64,000 bases of DNA from an uncultured Pseudomonadota bacterium. GTDB lineage: Bacteria > Pseudomonadota > Gammaproteobacteria > DASZBR01. The notes beneath the pieces are model-generated. The model searched no databases, had not been told where the DNA came from, and was given only the letters and a program-made list of their open reading frames with translations. How positions within the stretch are numbered: position 1 is the first letter of the stretch; every line of letters begins with the position of its first letter. The position numbers were made by a program, and so were the translations under genes. The stretch is from NCBI GenBank assembly GCA_963712965.1, contig CAVQJZ010000003.1, positions 2,878 through 66,877 on the forward strand, in the 5' to 3' direction. This document shows positions 1 through 12,900 of this stretch, piece by piece.

Positions 1-3000
1 TATTAATCCAGATGTCGGACAAAACAAAGTTTATGGAACCAATGATTCTGCGTTGGGATTTACATATTCAAATACAGGTTTAGTAAATGGCGTCACGCCA
101 CAATATTGGGATGCAACGGGTACGTTAGTTAACGATACTGCAATCAACGATACCATTTCTGGAAACTTAGGTCGTATCTCTGGAGAAAATGTTGGTAATT
201 ACAATTATGTATTAGGTTCTGTTGCTGTTAGCGCACCAAGTAATTATGTTACTAGTTTAACTGCCGGAACATTTGCGATTACCCAAGCCGCATTAAGTAT
301 TAATCCAGATGTTGGGCAAAGCAAAGTTTATGGAACCAATGATTCAGCATTAGGATTTACGTATTCAAATACAGGATTAATTAATGGCGTTACACCACAA
401 TATTGGGATGCAACGGGTACATTAGTAAATGACACAACAATTAATGACACCATTTCTGGAAATTTAGGTCGTATCTCTGGAGAAAATGTTGGTAATTACA
501 ATTATGTATTAGGTTCTGTTGCCGTAAGTGCACCAAGTAATTACGTTACCAGTCTAACTGCAGGAACATTTGCCATTACCCAAGCCGCATTAAGTATTAA
601 TCCCGATGTTGGCCAAAATAAAGTTTATGGAGCCAATGATCCAGCTTTAGGATTTACGTATTCGAATACAGGATTAATTAATGGCGTTACACCACAATAT
701 TGGGATGCAACGGGTACATTAGTAAATGACACAACAATTAATGACACCATTTCTGGAAACTTAGGACGTATATCAGGTGAAAACGTTGGTAATTACAATT
801 ATGTATTAGGTTCTGTTGCTGTTAGTGCACCAAGTAATTACGTTACTAGTTTAACTGCCGGAACATTTGCGATTACCCAAGCCGCATTAAGTATTAATCC
901 AGATGTCGGACAAAACAAAGTTTATGGAACCAATGATTCTGCGTTGGGATTTACATATTCAAATACAGGTTTAGTAAATGGCGTCACGCCACAATATTGG
1001 GATGCAACGGGTACGTTAGTTAACGATACTGCAATCAACGATACCATTTCTGGAAACTTAGGTCGTATCTCTGGAGAAAATGTTGGTAATTACAATTATG
1101 TATTAGGTTCTGTTGCTGTTAGCGCACCAAGTAATTATGTTACTAGTTTAACTGCCGGAACATTTGCGATTACCCAAGCCGCATTAAGTATTAATCCCGA
1201 TGTTGGACAAAATAAAGTTTATGGAACCAATGATCCAGCGTTAGGATTTACGTATTCAAACACTGGATTAATTAATGGTGTTACACCACAATACTGGGAT
1301 GCCACGGGTACATTAGTTAACGACACAACGATTAATGACACCATTTCTGGAAATTTGGGCAGTATCGTCGGGTGAAAACGTTGGTAATTACAATTATGTA
1401 TTAGGTTCTGTTGCTGTTAGTGCACCAAGTAATTACAACACTAGTTTAACTGCTGGAACATTTGCCATTACCCAAGCATCATTAAGTATTAATCCTGATG
1501 TTGGTCAAAGCAAAGTTTATGGAACCAATGATTCAGCTTTAGGATTTACTTATTCAAATACTGGTTTGGTAAATGGCGTCACGCCACAATATTGGGATAG
1601 CACAGGTACATTAGTAAATGGCACAACAATCAACGATACCATCTCTGGAAATTTAGGCAGAACCGCTGGCGAGAATGTTGGCAGCTATGCGTATAACATT
1701 GGATCAGTAGTTGTTAGCGCACCAAGTAACTACAACACTAGTTTAACTGCCGGAACATTTGCGATTACCCAAGCCGCATTAAGTATTAATCCAGATGTCG
1801 GACAAAACAAAGTTTATGGAACCAATGATTCTGCGTTGGGATTTACATATTCAAATACAGGTTTAGTAAATGGCGTCACGCCACAATATTGGGATGCAAC
1901 GGGTACGTTAGTTAACGATACTGCAATCAACGATACCATTTCTGGAAACTTAGGTCGTATCTCTGGAGAAAATGTTGGTAATTACAATTATGTATTAGGT
2001 TCTGTTGCTGTTAGCGCACCAAGTAATTATGTTACTAGTTTAACTGCCGGAACATTTGCGATTACCCAAGCCGCATTAAGTATTAATCCAGATGTCGGAC
2101 AAAACAAAGTTTATGGAACCAATGATTCTGCGTTGGGATTTACATATTCAAATACAGGTTTAGTAAATGGCGTCACGCCACAATATTGGGATGCAACGGG
2201 TACGTTAGTTAACGATACTGCAATCAACGATACCATTTCTGGAAACTTAGGTCGTATCTCTGGAGAAAATGTTGGTAATTACAATTATGTATTAGGTTCT
2301 GTTGCTGTTAGCGCACCAAGTAATTATGTTACTAGTTTAACTGCCGGAACATTTGCAATTACGCAAGCGGCATTAAGCATTAATCCAACAACATCACAAA
2401 GTAAGATTTATGGAACTGATGATCCAGCGTTAGGATTTACGTATTCAAGCACAGGATTAATTAATGGCGTAACACCACAATATTGGGATAGCAACGGGTA
2501 CGTTAGTTAACGACACTACAATTAATGACACCATTTCTGGAAATTTAGGTCGTGCTGCTGGCGAGAATGTTGGCAGCTATGCATACAATCTTGGATCAGT
2601 AGTTGTTAGTGCACCAAGTAATTACATCACAAGCTTAACCGCTGGAACATTTGCGATTACACAAGCGGCATTAAGTATTAATCCTGATGTTGGTCAAAAT
2701 AAAATTTATGGAACCAATGATCCAGCATTAGGATTTACGTATTCAAGCACAGGATTAATTAATGGCGTAACACCACAATATTGGGATGCAACGGGCACAT
2801 TAGTAAATGACACAACAATTAATGACACTATTTCTGGAAATTTAGGCAGAACCGCCGGCGAAAATGTTGGCAGCTATGCGTATAACATTGGATCAGTAGT
2901 TGTTAGCGCGCCAAGTAATTACATCACAAGCTTAACTGCTGGAACATTTGCAATTACCCAAGCCGCATTAAGTATTGATCCCGATGTTGGCCAAAACAAA

Positions 3001-6000
3001 GTTTATGGAACCAATGATCCTGCGTTGGGATTTACTTATTCAAATACTGGTTTAGTAAATGGTGTAACACCACAATATTGGGATGCAACGGGTACATTAG
3101 TAAATGATACAACGATTAACGATACTATCTCTGGAAATTTAGGTCGTGCTGCTGGCGAGAATGTTGGCAGCTATGCGTACAATCTTGGATCAGTAGTTGT
3201 TAGTGCACCAAGTAATTACGTTACTAGTTTAACCGCCGGAACATTTGCCATTACTCAAGCCGCGTTAAGCATTAATCCTGATGTTGGCCAAAACAAAGTT
3301 TATGGAACCAATGATCCTGCGTTAGGATTTACCTATTCAAATACAGGATTAATTAATGGCGTAACGCCACAATATTGGGATGCCACGGGTACGTTAGTTA
3401 ACGACACAACGATTAACGATACCATTTCTGGAAACTTAGGTAGAGCAGCAGGCGAAAATGTTGGCGGCTATGCGTATAACATTGGATCAGTAGTTGTTAG
3501 CGCGCCAAGTAATTATGTTACTAGTTTAACTGCTGGAACATTTGCGATTACCCAAGCCGCATTAAGTATTAATCCAACAACATCACAAAGTAAGATTTAT
3601 GGAACGAATGATCCTGCGTTAGGATTTACGTATTCAAGCACAGGATTAATTAATGGTGTAACACCACAATATTGGGATGCAACGGGTACATTAGTAAATG
3701 ACACAACTATTAATGACACTATTTCTGGAAATTTAGGCAGAACCGCCGGCGAAAATGTTGGCAGCTATGCGTACAATCTTGGATCAGTAGTTGTTAGTGC
3801 ACCAAGTAATTACAACACTAGTTTGACTGCTGGAACATTTGCGATTACCCAAGCCGCATTAAGTATTGATCCCGATGTTGGCCAAAACAAAGTTTATGGA
3901 GCCAATGATCCTGCGTTGGGATTTACTTATTCAAATACTGGTTTAGTAAATGGCGTAACGCCACAATATTGGGATGCAACGGGTACATTAGTAAATGATA
4001 CAACGATTAACGATACTATCTCTGGAAATTTAGGTCGTGCTGCTGGCGAGAATGTTGGCAGCTATGCGTACAATCTTGGATCAGTAGTTGTTAGTGCACC
4101 AAGTAATTACAACACTAGTTTGACGGCTGGAACATTTGCGATTACCCAAGCAGCGTTAAGTATTGATCCAGATGTTGGTCAAAGCAAAGTTTATGGAGCC
4201 AATGATCCAGCGTTAGGATTTACATATTCAAATACAGGTTTAGTAAATGGCGTAACGCCACAATATTGGGATGCAACGGGTACATTAGTAAATGATACAA
4301 CGATTAACGATACTATCTCTGGAAATTTAGGCAGAGCGGCGGGAGAGAACGTTGGTAATTATAATTATGTATTAGGTTCAGTGGCAGTAAGCAGTCCAAG
4401 TAATTACGTTACCAGTCTAACTGCAGGAACATTTGCCATTACTCAAGCGGCGTTAAGTATTAATCCAGATGTTGGCCAAAACAAAGTTTATGGAACCAAT
4501 GATCCTGCGTTAGGATTTACTTATTCAAATACTGGTTTAGTAAATGGCGTAACGCCACAATATTGGGATGCAACGGGTACATTAGTAAATGACACAACGA
4601 TTAATGACACTATCTCTGGAAATTTAGGCAGAACCGCCGGCGAAAATGTTGGCAGCTATGCGTACAATCTTGGATCAGTAGTTGTTAGTGCACCAAGTAA
4701 TTACAACACTAGTTTGACGGCTGGAACATTTGCGATTACCCAAGCAGCATTAAGTATTGATCCCGATGTTGGCCAAAACAAAGTTTATGGAGCCAATGAT
4801 CCTGCGTTGGGATTTACTTATTCAAATACTGGTTTAGTAAATGGCGTAACGCCACAATATTGGGATGCAACGGGTACATTAGTAAATGATACAACGATTA
4901 ACGATACTATCTCTGGAAATTTAGGTCGTGCTGCTGGCGAGAATGTTGGCAGCTATGCGTACAATCTTGGATCAGTAGTTGTTAGTGCACCAAGTAATTA
5001 CAACACTAGTTTGACGGCTGGAACATTTGCGATTACCCAAGCAGCGTTAAGTATTGATCCAGATGTTGGTCAAAGCAAAGTTTATGGAGCCAATGATCCA
5101 GCGTTAGGATTTACATATTCAAATACAGGTTTAGTAAATGGCGTAACGCCACAATATTGGGATGCAACGGGTACATTAGTAAATGATACAACGATTAACG
5201 ATACTATCTCTGGAAATTTAGGCAGAGCGGCGGGAGAGAACGTTGGTAATTATAATTATGTATTAGGTTCAGTGGCAGTAAGCAGTCCAAGTAATTACGT
5301 TACCAGTCTAACTGCAGGAACATTTGCCATTACTCAAGCGGCGTTAAGTATTAATCCAGATGTTGGCCAAAACAAAGTTTATGGAACCAATGATCCTGCG
5401 TTAGGATTTACTTATTCAAATACAGGTTTAGTAAATGGCGTAACGCCACAATACTGGGATGCCACTGGTACATTGGTTAACGACACAACAATCAACGATA
5501 CCATTTCTGGAAATTTAGGCAGAGCCGCTGGTGAAAATGTTGGTAATTACAATTATGTATTAGGTTCTGTTGCCGTAAGTGCACCAAGTAATTATGTTAC
5601 TAGCTTAACCGCCGGAACATTTGCGATTACTCAAGCCGCATTAAGCATTAATCCAACAACATCACAAAGTAAGATTTATGGAACCAATGATCCAGCGTTG
5701 GGATTTACCTATTCAAGCACAGGATTAATTAATGGTGTAACACCACAATATTGGGATGCAACGGGTACATTAGTAAATGACACAACCATTAATGACACCA
5801 TCTCTGGAAATTTAGGCAGAGCGGCGGGAGAGAACGTTGGTAATTATAATTATGTATTAGGCTCAGTTGCAGTAAGCGCGCCAAGTAATTACGTTACCAG
5901 TTTAACAGCTGGAACATTTGCAATTACGCAAGCGGCATTAAGTATTAATCCAACAACATCACAAAGTAAGATTTATGGAACGAATGATCCAGCATTAGGA

Positions 6001-6820
6001 TTTACGTATTCAAATACTGGTTTGGTAAATGGCGTAACACCACAATATTGGGATGCAACCGGTACGTTAGTTAATGACACAACCATTAATGACACTATCT
6101 CTGGAAATTTAGGCAGAGCGGCGGGAGAGAACGTTGGTAATTATAATTATGTATTAGGCTCTGTTGCTGTTAGTGCGCCAAGCAATTACGTTACAAGTCT
6201 AACCGCTGGAACATTTGCGATTACCCAAGCTGCATTAAGTATTAATCCAGATGTCGGACAAAGCAAAGTTTATGGAACCAATGATCCAGCGTTAGGATTT
6301 ACGTATTCAAGCACTGGTTTAGTAAATGGCGTTACACCACAATATTGGGATGCCACAGGTACGTTAGTTAACGACACAACGATTAATGACACCATCTCTG
6401 GAAATTTAGGCAGAGCGGCTGGAGAGAACGTTGGTAATTATAATTATGTATTAGGCTCAGTTGCAGTAAGCGCGCCAAGTAATTACGTTACCAGTTTAAC
6501 AGCTGGAACATTTGCAATTACCCAAGCCGCATTAAGTATTAATCCAGATGTTGGTCAAAACAAAGTTTATGGAACCAATGATCCTGCGTTAGGATTTATA
6601 TATTCAAGCACTGGTTTAGTAAATGGCGTAACGCCACAATATTGGGATGCAACGGGTACATTAGTAAATGACACAACGATTAACGATACACTTTCTGGAA
6701 ATTTAGGCAGAACCGCTGGTGAAAATGTTGGCAGCTATGCGTACAATCTTGGATCAGTTGCTGTTAGCGCACCAAGTAATTATGTTACTAGTTTGACTGC
6801 TGGAACATTTGCGATTACAC
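1..6820 (+). repeat. Tandem array of about 23 copies of a 297-bp (99-codon) unit with 891-bp higher-order periodicity
   Basis: tattaatcca starts at 1, 298, 892, 1784 (=892+891+1 inserted base) and 2081. aatttaggcagaaccgcc occurs at 3730 and 4621, 891 bp apart. The array ends where ..FAITPASLTGSVANQSK.. begins (about 6820). Confidence 0.9.
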
Positions 6821-9300
6821 CAGCATCATTGACTGGATCGGTTGCTAATCAAAGTAAGATATATGGCGCCAACGATCCAACACTTGCAAGCATTGCTGTG
6901 ACATTAAATGGAGTAGTTAATGTGATAGTTACCGATGCCAATGGCAATTCAACACCTATTAATGACACAGGTAATGTTGCAACAACATTATTCTCGTTGA
7001 CTCGTGATCCTGGAGAATTGGTTGCTAGCTACAATATTACTGCGGCAAGTTTCAACGCATTAACAGGAAGTGCAGCAGGTAATTACAATGCGCCGGTATT
7101 CGGTGGTGCACCAACTCTTGCTATTACACAAAAAGCATTAACGGGATCAATTGCAAATCAAAGTAAAGTTTATGGTGCGGATGATCCAGGCGTATCTGGA
7201 ATTAGTGTGAACTTAAGCGGTGTTGTTAATACCAGTGTAACTGATTGGGATGGAAATATTACACCAATTAATGATGCTGGTAATGTCAGTGCAACATTAG
7301 CAGCATTAACAAGAACAGCTGGTGAAAATGTTGGAAGCTATGGCATTCTTAGTTCAATGCTTAATTATTCTGGCAGTGCTTCAGGAAATTACAGTACTAC
7401 GGCAAGTTTAACTAGCAGCCCAATTTTAATGATTACACCAGCAAACTTAACAGGTTCAATTGCCAATCAAAGTAAAGTTTATGGTGCTAACGACCCAACA
7501 TTATCTGGCATCAGTGTAAATTTAGATTTTATTAATCGAACTGTTGCAACCTGGAACGGCAATGTAAGTGTAAATGACACAGGACTTGTTGCAACAACGC
7601 TTGCTTCATTAACACGTGCTGTTGGTGAAACGGTTGCTTCTTATAATATTACCGCGGCAACATTTAATGCGCTAACTGGATCAGCAGCAAGTAATTACAA
7701 TGCACCAGTATTTGGTGGTGCGCCAACTCTCGCTATTACACAAAAAGCATTAACGGGTTCAATTGCAAATCAAAGTAAAGTTTATGGTGCAGATGATCCA
7801 ACACTTTCTGGAATTAGTGTTGCGCTTAACTTTATTAATAGAACGGTTGCGACATGGAATGGTAATGTAACTGTTGATGATACTGGCAATGTTGCAACAA
7901 TGCTTGCTTCGTTAACTAGAGCTGTTGGTGAAACTGTTGCTAGTTACAATATTACTGGTGCAACATTTAATAGTTTAACTGGTAGTGCGGCAGGAAATTA
8001 CAATGCACCAAGCTTTACAGGCACGCCAACACTTACTATTAATAAAGCAAACTTAACTGGATCCATTGCAAATCAAAGTAAAATTTATGGAGTAGATGAT
8101 CCAACTCTTTCAGGAATTAGCGTTACTTTAGGCGGAATAATTAATAATCCAGCGATTGTTACTTGGAATGGAAATGTAAGTATTAATGATACTGGCAATG
8201 TTGCAACAACGCTTGCTTCATTAACCAGAGCAGTAGGTGAAGCTGTTGCAAGTTATAATATTACTGCCGCAACATTTAATGTATTAACTGGAACCGTTGC
8301 AGGAAATTACAATGCGCCAATCTTTATAGGTTCGCCAACATTAACTATTAACAAAGCTAATTTAACTGGCTCGATTGTTAATCAAAGCAAGATTTACGGA
8401 GCTGATGATCCAACACTTTCAGGAATTAGCGTAATGCTCGGTGGAATAATTAATAATCCAGTGATTGTTACTTGGAACGGTAATGTTTCAGTTGATGATA
8501 CTGGTAACGTTGCAACAACATTAGCGTCATTAACACGTGCTGTTGGTGAAGTCGTTGCAAGTTATAATATTACTGCCGCAACATTCAATGCATTAACAGG
8601 AACTTCAGCCGGTAATTACAACGCACCAAGCTTTACAGGTTCACCAACCTTAACTATTAACAAAGCAAACTTAACGGGCTCAATTGCTAATCAAAGTAAA
8701 GTTTATGGCGCAGATGATCCAAGTTTGTCAGGTATTAGTGTGGCATTGAATGGAATTATTAATCGAACTATTTCAACATGGAATGGCAATGTTGGTGTCA
8801 ATGACACAGGTAATGTGAATACAACGTTAGCTTCATTAAGTAGAGTAGTGGGCGAAAGTGTAAATAGCTACAATATTAATTCTGCAACATTCACTGCATT
8901 AACAGGATCTGCTGCAAATAATTATAATATGACCACATTAAATGCTGGATCGATCTTGGCTATTACTAAAGCAAGCTTGTCAGCCACTATTGCTAATCAA
9001 AGTAAAAATTATGGTGCGAGCGATGCAGTTGCTTATCCAGTGATTTTGAGTGGCGTCATTAATAACCTAGCTGTTTCAACATGGAATGGTAATGTAAATA
9101 TTAATGATACTGGTTTAGTGAGTGTCGCATTGGCATCAATTACGCGCGCACCTGGTGAAACAGTCAGCGGCGGACCTTATCTATATACCAGCGCAACGTA
9201 TCAACCAATTGGTGGTAGTGCAGCCGGTAATTATAATCAACCTGCCAATAGTTTAAGTACATCGCCTGCATTAAATATTTTGCCGCTTAATTTAAGTTAT
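6820..9300 (+). repeat. About 9 diverged ~100-codon MBG-type modules (second repeat class of gene 1)
   Basis: Recurrent (I/T)(N/T)(K/Q/P)A.LTGSI.NQSK.YG..DP.L....V.L......V..WNGN......G.V...L.SLTR..GE.V.SYNI......LTGS.AGNYN.P.F.G.PTL.I. I counted nine occurrences, the last degenerate (NILPLNLSYVANAVN..). Confidence 0.75.
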
Positions 9301-9788
9301 GTAGCAAATGCGGTGAATATTTTATGGGGTAATCCAATACCTGCATTATCAGGAACAGTGACAGGTTTTATTCCTGGTGAAAATATGAGTAATGCAACGA
9401 CAGGCATATTAGATTTCACCACGTCTGCAACTATCACAAGTCCAGCAGGTTTATATGCAATTAATGGCTCTGGGTTAATTGCTAATTTTAATAATTATAA
9501 TTTTATACAAGCGCCAAGTAATGCAACGGCGTTAACTATTCAATCAGATACGCCACCTGCGTCACCTATTTCATTACCTGATCCCGCTATGGTTGCAGAT
9601 ATAATAAATACTAGTTTGATTTACAGTGTAGTAAATAATCAAACGTATAATTCTACGCAGAATGCTGATGAAACAGTTGATATCGTTAATCTTAATAAAC
9701 CTGTGGTTAAAAACGTTATTTGTGCTGGCAGCGCGGGTGGTAATCAAACCAGCGGCCAACAATGCGTCACTTTAGCGAGTGGTTCTTA

Positions 9789-9817
9789 GCAGAGACAGGT
9801 TTTAAACCTGTCTCTGC
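9789..9817. repeat. 29-nt perfect palindrome (REP-like hairpin / possible terminator) directly after gene 1
   Basis: gcagagacaggttt-t-aaacctgtctctgc: 14-bp arms and a 1-nt centre, overlapping the stop codon. Same family as 34113-34143 and 34195-34223. Confidence 0.6.
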
Positions 9818-9918
9818 CCCATCATAAAGCCCTCATAGCGCCCAGCGGGTAGGCAATCCCTGGTCTAAACTTACACCTATGAAGTTAAGTAAATGTTACT
9901 TAGCCAGAGGCGGCCAAA

Positions 9919-12900
9919 ATGCATCAAACAACTCATCGTTATCCGTTAAGGAAGATGGTGGTTAGCGTTATTGTAGCGCTGGGGATTTGTTGGTTTGGTT
10001 TAGTCAATGCCGCACCTGTTGGTGGAGATGTTGCAGCAGGTAGTGCAAACATTAATCAAGCAGGAACCACCACAACGATTAATCAAACAACACAAAATGT
10101 TGTCATCAATTGGCAAGAATTTAATACCGCTTCAAATGAAGCGGTTAATTTTATTCAGCCTAACGCAAATGCTGCTGCATTAAATAGAATTAATTCTGGA
10201 TTACCCACACAATTTTTTGGAACGTTAACTGCTAACGGTCATATCTTTATTGTCAATCCCGCCGGCGTATTTTTTGGCGCCTCTTCAAGAATCGATGTCG
10301 GTGGGATTTTGGCAACAACGGCAGATATTCAAAATCAAAATTTCATGAATGGTCATTATCAATTTCAGCAAGCACCAGGTTCATTTAATTCGGTCGTCAA
10401 TGAAGGTGAAATTTATGCCAATGGTTTTGTAGGACTTGTCGCACCTGGTGTCATGAACAATGGTGTGATTCACGCTACTTTTGGAAAAGTTGTTTTGGCT
10501 TCAGGTACTTCATACATTATTGATATGTATGGTGATCAATTAATTCAATTTGGAACAGGCAGTAAAATTTTACAAGCGCCTATTGGTCCTGATGGTAAAC
10601 CCATGAAACATGCGGTAAGTAATAACGGATCAATTTATGCGGATGGTGGAAAGGTATTATTAACTGCTAATGCTGCTTCCGATATTTTAGATAGTGTGAT
10701 TGATACCAGAGGTTATATTCAAGCAGTCAAAGCAAGTGTAGATGGAAATGGATCGGTTATTTTAAGTGGTGGTGATGAAGGTATTGTGACTGTGTCAGGA
10801 AAAATAAAATCAGGCACAGTAAAAGTATTGGGTGACAAAGTAGGATTAATGGATGGTGCAGTGATTGATGCATCAGGTGTTGGTGGTGGTGGCGAAGTTT
10901 TAATTGGTGGTAATTATCAAGGCCAAGGTCCAGAACAAAATGCATCGGCTGTTTATATGAGCCCAACGGCAATAATTAATGCGGATGCTATTGATTATGG
11001 TAATGGTGGAAAAGTTATTTTATGGAGTAATGATTACACAGGTTTTTATGGGAATATTTCAGCACAAGGTGGTGCATTAGGTGGTAACGGTGGATTTGTT
11101 GAAACATCAAGTCACGATAATTTACAAGCATTTGGATTGGTGAATGCAAGTGCTGCCAATGGTTTAGCAGGTACATGGTTATTAGACCCACGCAATGTGA
11201 CTATTAGTTCATCAGCAACAAGCAATGGTGCATTTAATGGAGGTTCGCCAACCAATACATTTACTCCTACAGGTAATAATGCTGTTGTAAATGTTACGAC
11301 ATTAAATACCGCATTGGGTTCTACCAATGTAACTATTAATACCGGTAGCACAGGTGCGCAAGCCGGTACGATTACCGTAAGTAATGCGATTGCTAAAACA
11401 ACAGGAGCAAATACCGCGTTATTAACGTTAACTGCTGCAAGTAATATTATTTTAAATGCGGGTATTTCTGTTTCGTCCGGTGTGTTAAATATAACGTTGT
11501 CCTCTGGCGGTACTATTACGCAAGCGGTAGGCGCCATTATTTCTGGTACGACATTAACTACGTCATCTGTTGGTGGAACGACGCTCACACGAGCAAATAC
11601 AGTCAGTAATTTTAATGCGACAAATATAACCAGTGGTAATATTTCTTTTACCAATAGCGGCGCATTAAATATTACCGGTATTGCGCAAAGTGTAGGTAAT
11701 TTAACAATTGCTAATACGGGTGCGATTACACAAAGCGGTGCCATGACAGTCAGTGGTACGTCATCATTTACGGCTGGCGCAAATCCTATTACGTTAACGA
11801 CCGCAACAAATTCATTAACGGGTGCAATAACATTTAGTAATAGTGGTTCTAATGCAGTTCAATTAACTAACAATAGAGCAACATCGTTAGCTGCTTCAAC
11901 CGTTGGACAAAATTTAACTATTACGAGCGTTGGCGCAATTACACAAACCGGCGCGTTAGTTGTTCCAGGCACATCAAGTTTTACGGCGGGTGCTAATGCA
12001 ATTACCTTAGGTAGTGCAAATAGTTTCACAGGCGCAATTACGTTAAGTAATAGCGGTGCAAACAATGTTTCCTTGACGAATTCTCTTGCAACAATATTAG
12101 CTGCATCAACCATTGGTCAAAATTTAACACTAATCTCAGGTGGTGCAATTACTGAATCAGGTGTGTTAACCATTCCAGGAACGACATCACTTAGAGTAAA
12201 TGCCGCGGGTTCAGATATTTTATTAAATACACAAGCGAATAATTTGACAGGTGCAGTAAGTTTTGCTGGAACGTTGGGCAATATTCGAGATTTTGCATTA
12301 CGTAATATCAATGCTTCAGCAAGTGTGCCAACATTATCTACGTTAACAAGTTTAAGAAACTTAACTTTACAATTTGATAATGCAGCAATCGCATTGCCGG
12401 CAGCAACATTGCATGCTGCAGGTAATGCATCTATTACAGCCGGTGGAGCCATTACACAAAGTGGTGTGTTAACAGTTCCAGGCACATCATTATTTAGTGC
12501 GGGAGCGAATGCAATTACATTGGGCAGCGCCAATGTATTAACGGGTGCAATTACTTTAAGTAATAGTGGTGCGAATAATATTTCGTTAACGAATTCAATT
12601 GCGACCGTATTAGCAGCATCGACAGTCGGTAATAATTTAACGATTAACAGTACGGGTGCCATTACACAAACCGGTGCGCTGACTGTTCCTGGTAGTACAA
12701 CATTAGTAGCTGGCACCGCAAATAATATTACGTTAGGTGGCGCCAATAATTTTAATTCATTGGGCATTACGTCTGCGAATAATGTGGTGATTAATGATAT
12801 TAATGCGATTGCGCTAAATGCAATCACGGCGAATGGTTCATTAACATTAACAGCAGGCGCTGGTATTACAGTCAACGGTGTTATTACGACAGGTGCTGCT

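Larger units (their letters stand above)
1..9789 (+). pseudogene. Giant MBG-repeat exoprotein gene (paralog of the TpsA passenger of gene 2), 5'-truncated by the window edge, reading frame broken twice
   Basis: One continuous repeat-coding sequence. The 99-aa units read ..ALGFTYSNTGLVNGVTPQYWDATGTLVNDTTINDTISGNLGR..GENVG.Y.Y.LGSV.VSAPSNY.TSLTAGTFAITQAALSINPDVGQ.KVYG.. and run from the window edge. About 9 looser modules and a C-terminal tail follow, ending at TAG 9787-9789. The frame shifts 2->0 within 1356-1372 and 0->1 at about 2490, so ORF-track pieces 53-1375, 1335-2510 and 3025-9789 belong to one gene. Frame 1 is open from 2491 but has no start codon before 3025. The disruption could be real or an assembly/consensus error. 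Confidence 0.6.

Noticed and set aside
1-6820. Regular 297-bp periodicity that could superficially suggest a CRISPR-like or satellite array
   Set aside because: The units are contiguous with no unique spacers. They are far longer than CRISPR repeats and maintain one protein-coding frame with a recognisable domain signature.
9574-9762. Small ORFs inside or antisense to well-supported genes (e.g. 9574-9762, 22152-22343, 22592-22780, 28087-28299, 28969-29247, 29438-30336 set, 34398-35002 set, 38143-38325, 38886-39282, 40618-40863, 41082-41353, 41642-41968, 42122-42340, 42770-43154, 43907-44122, 45271-45480, 46166-46354, 47763-48043, 52534-53195, 54678-54920, 56281-56538, 57677-57922, 58257-58448, 59284-59487, 61606-61895, 62396-62602, 62769-62975, 63128-63848)
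   Set aside because: All overlap longer ORFs that carry clear family motifs. They have no recognisable motifs or ribosome-binding sites of their own.
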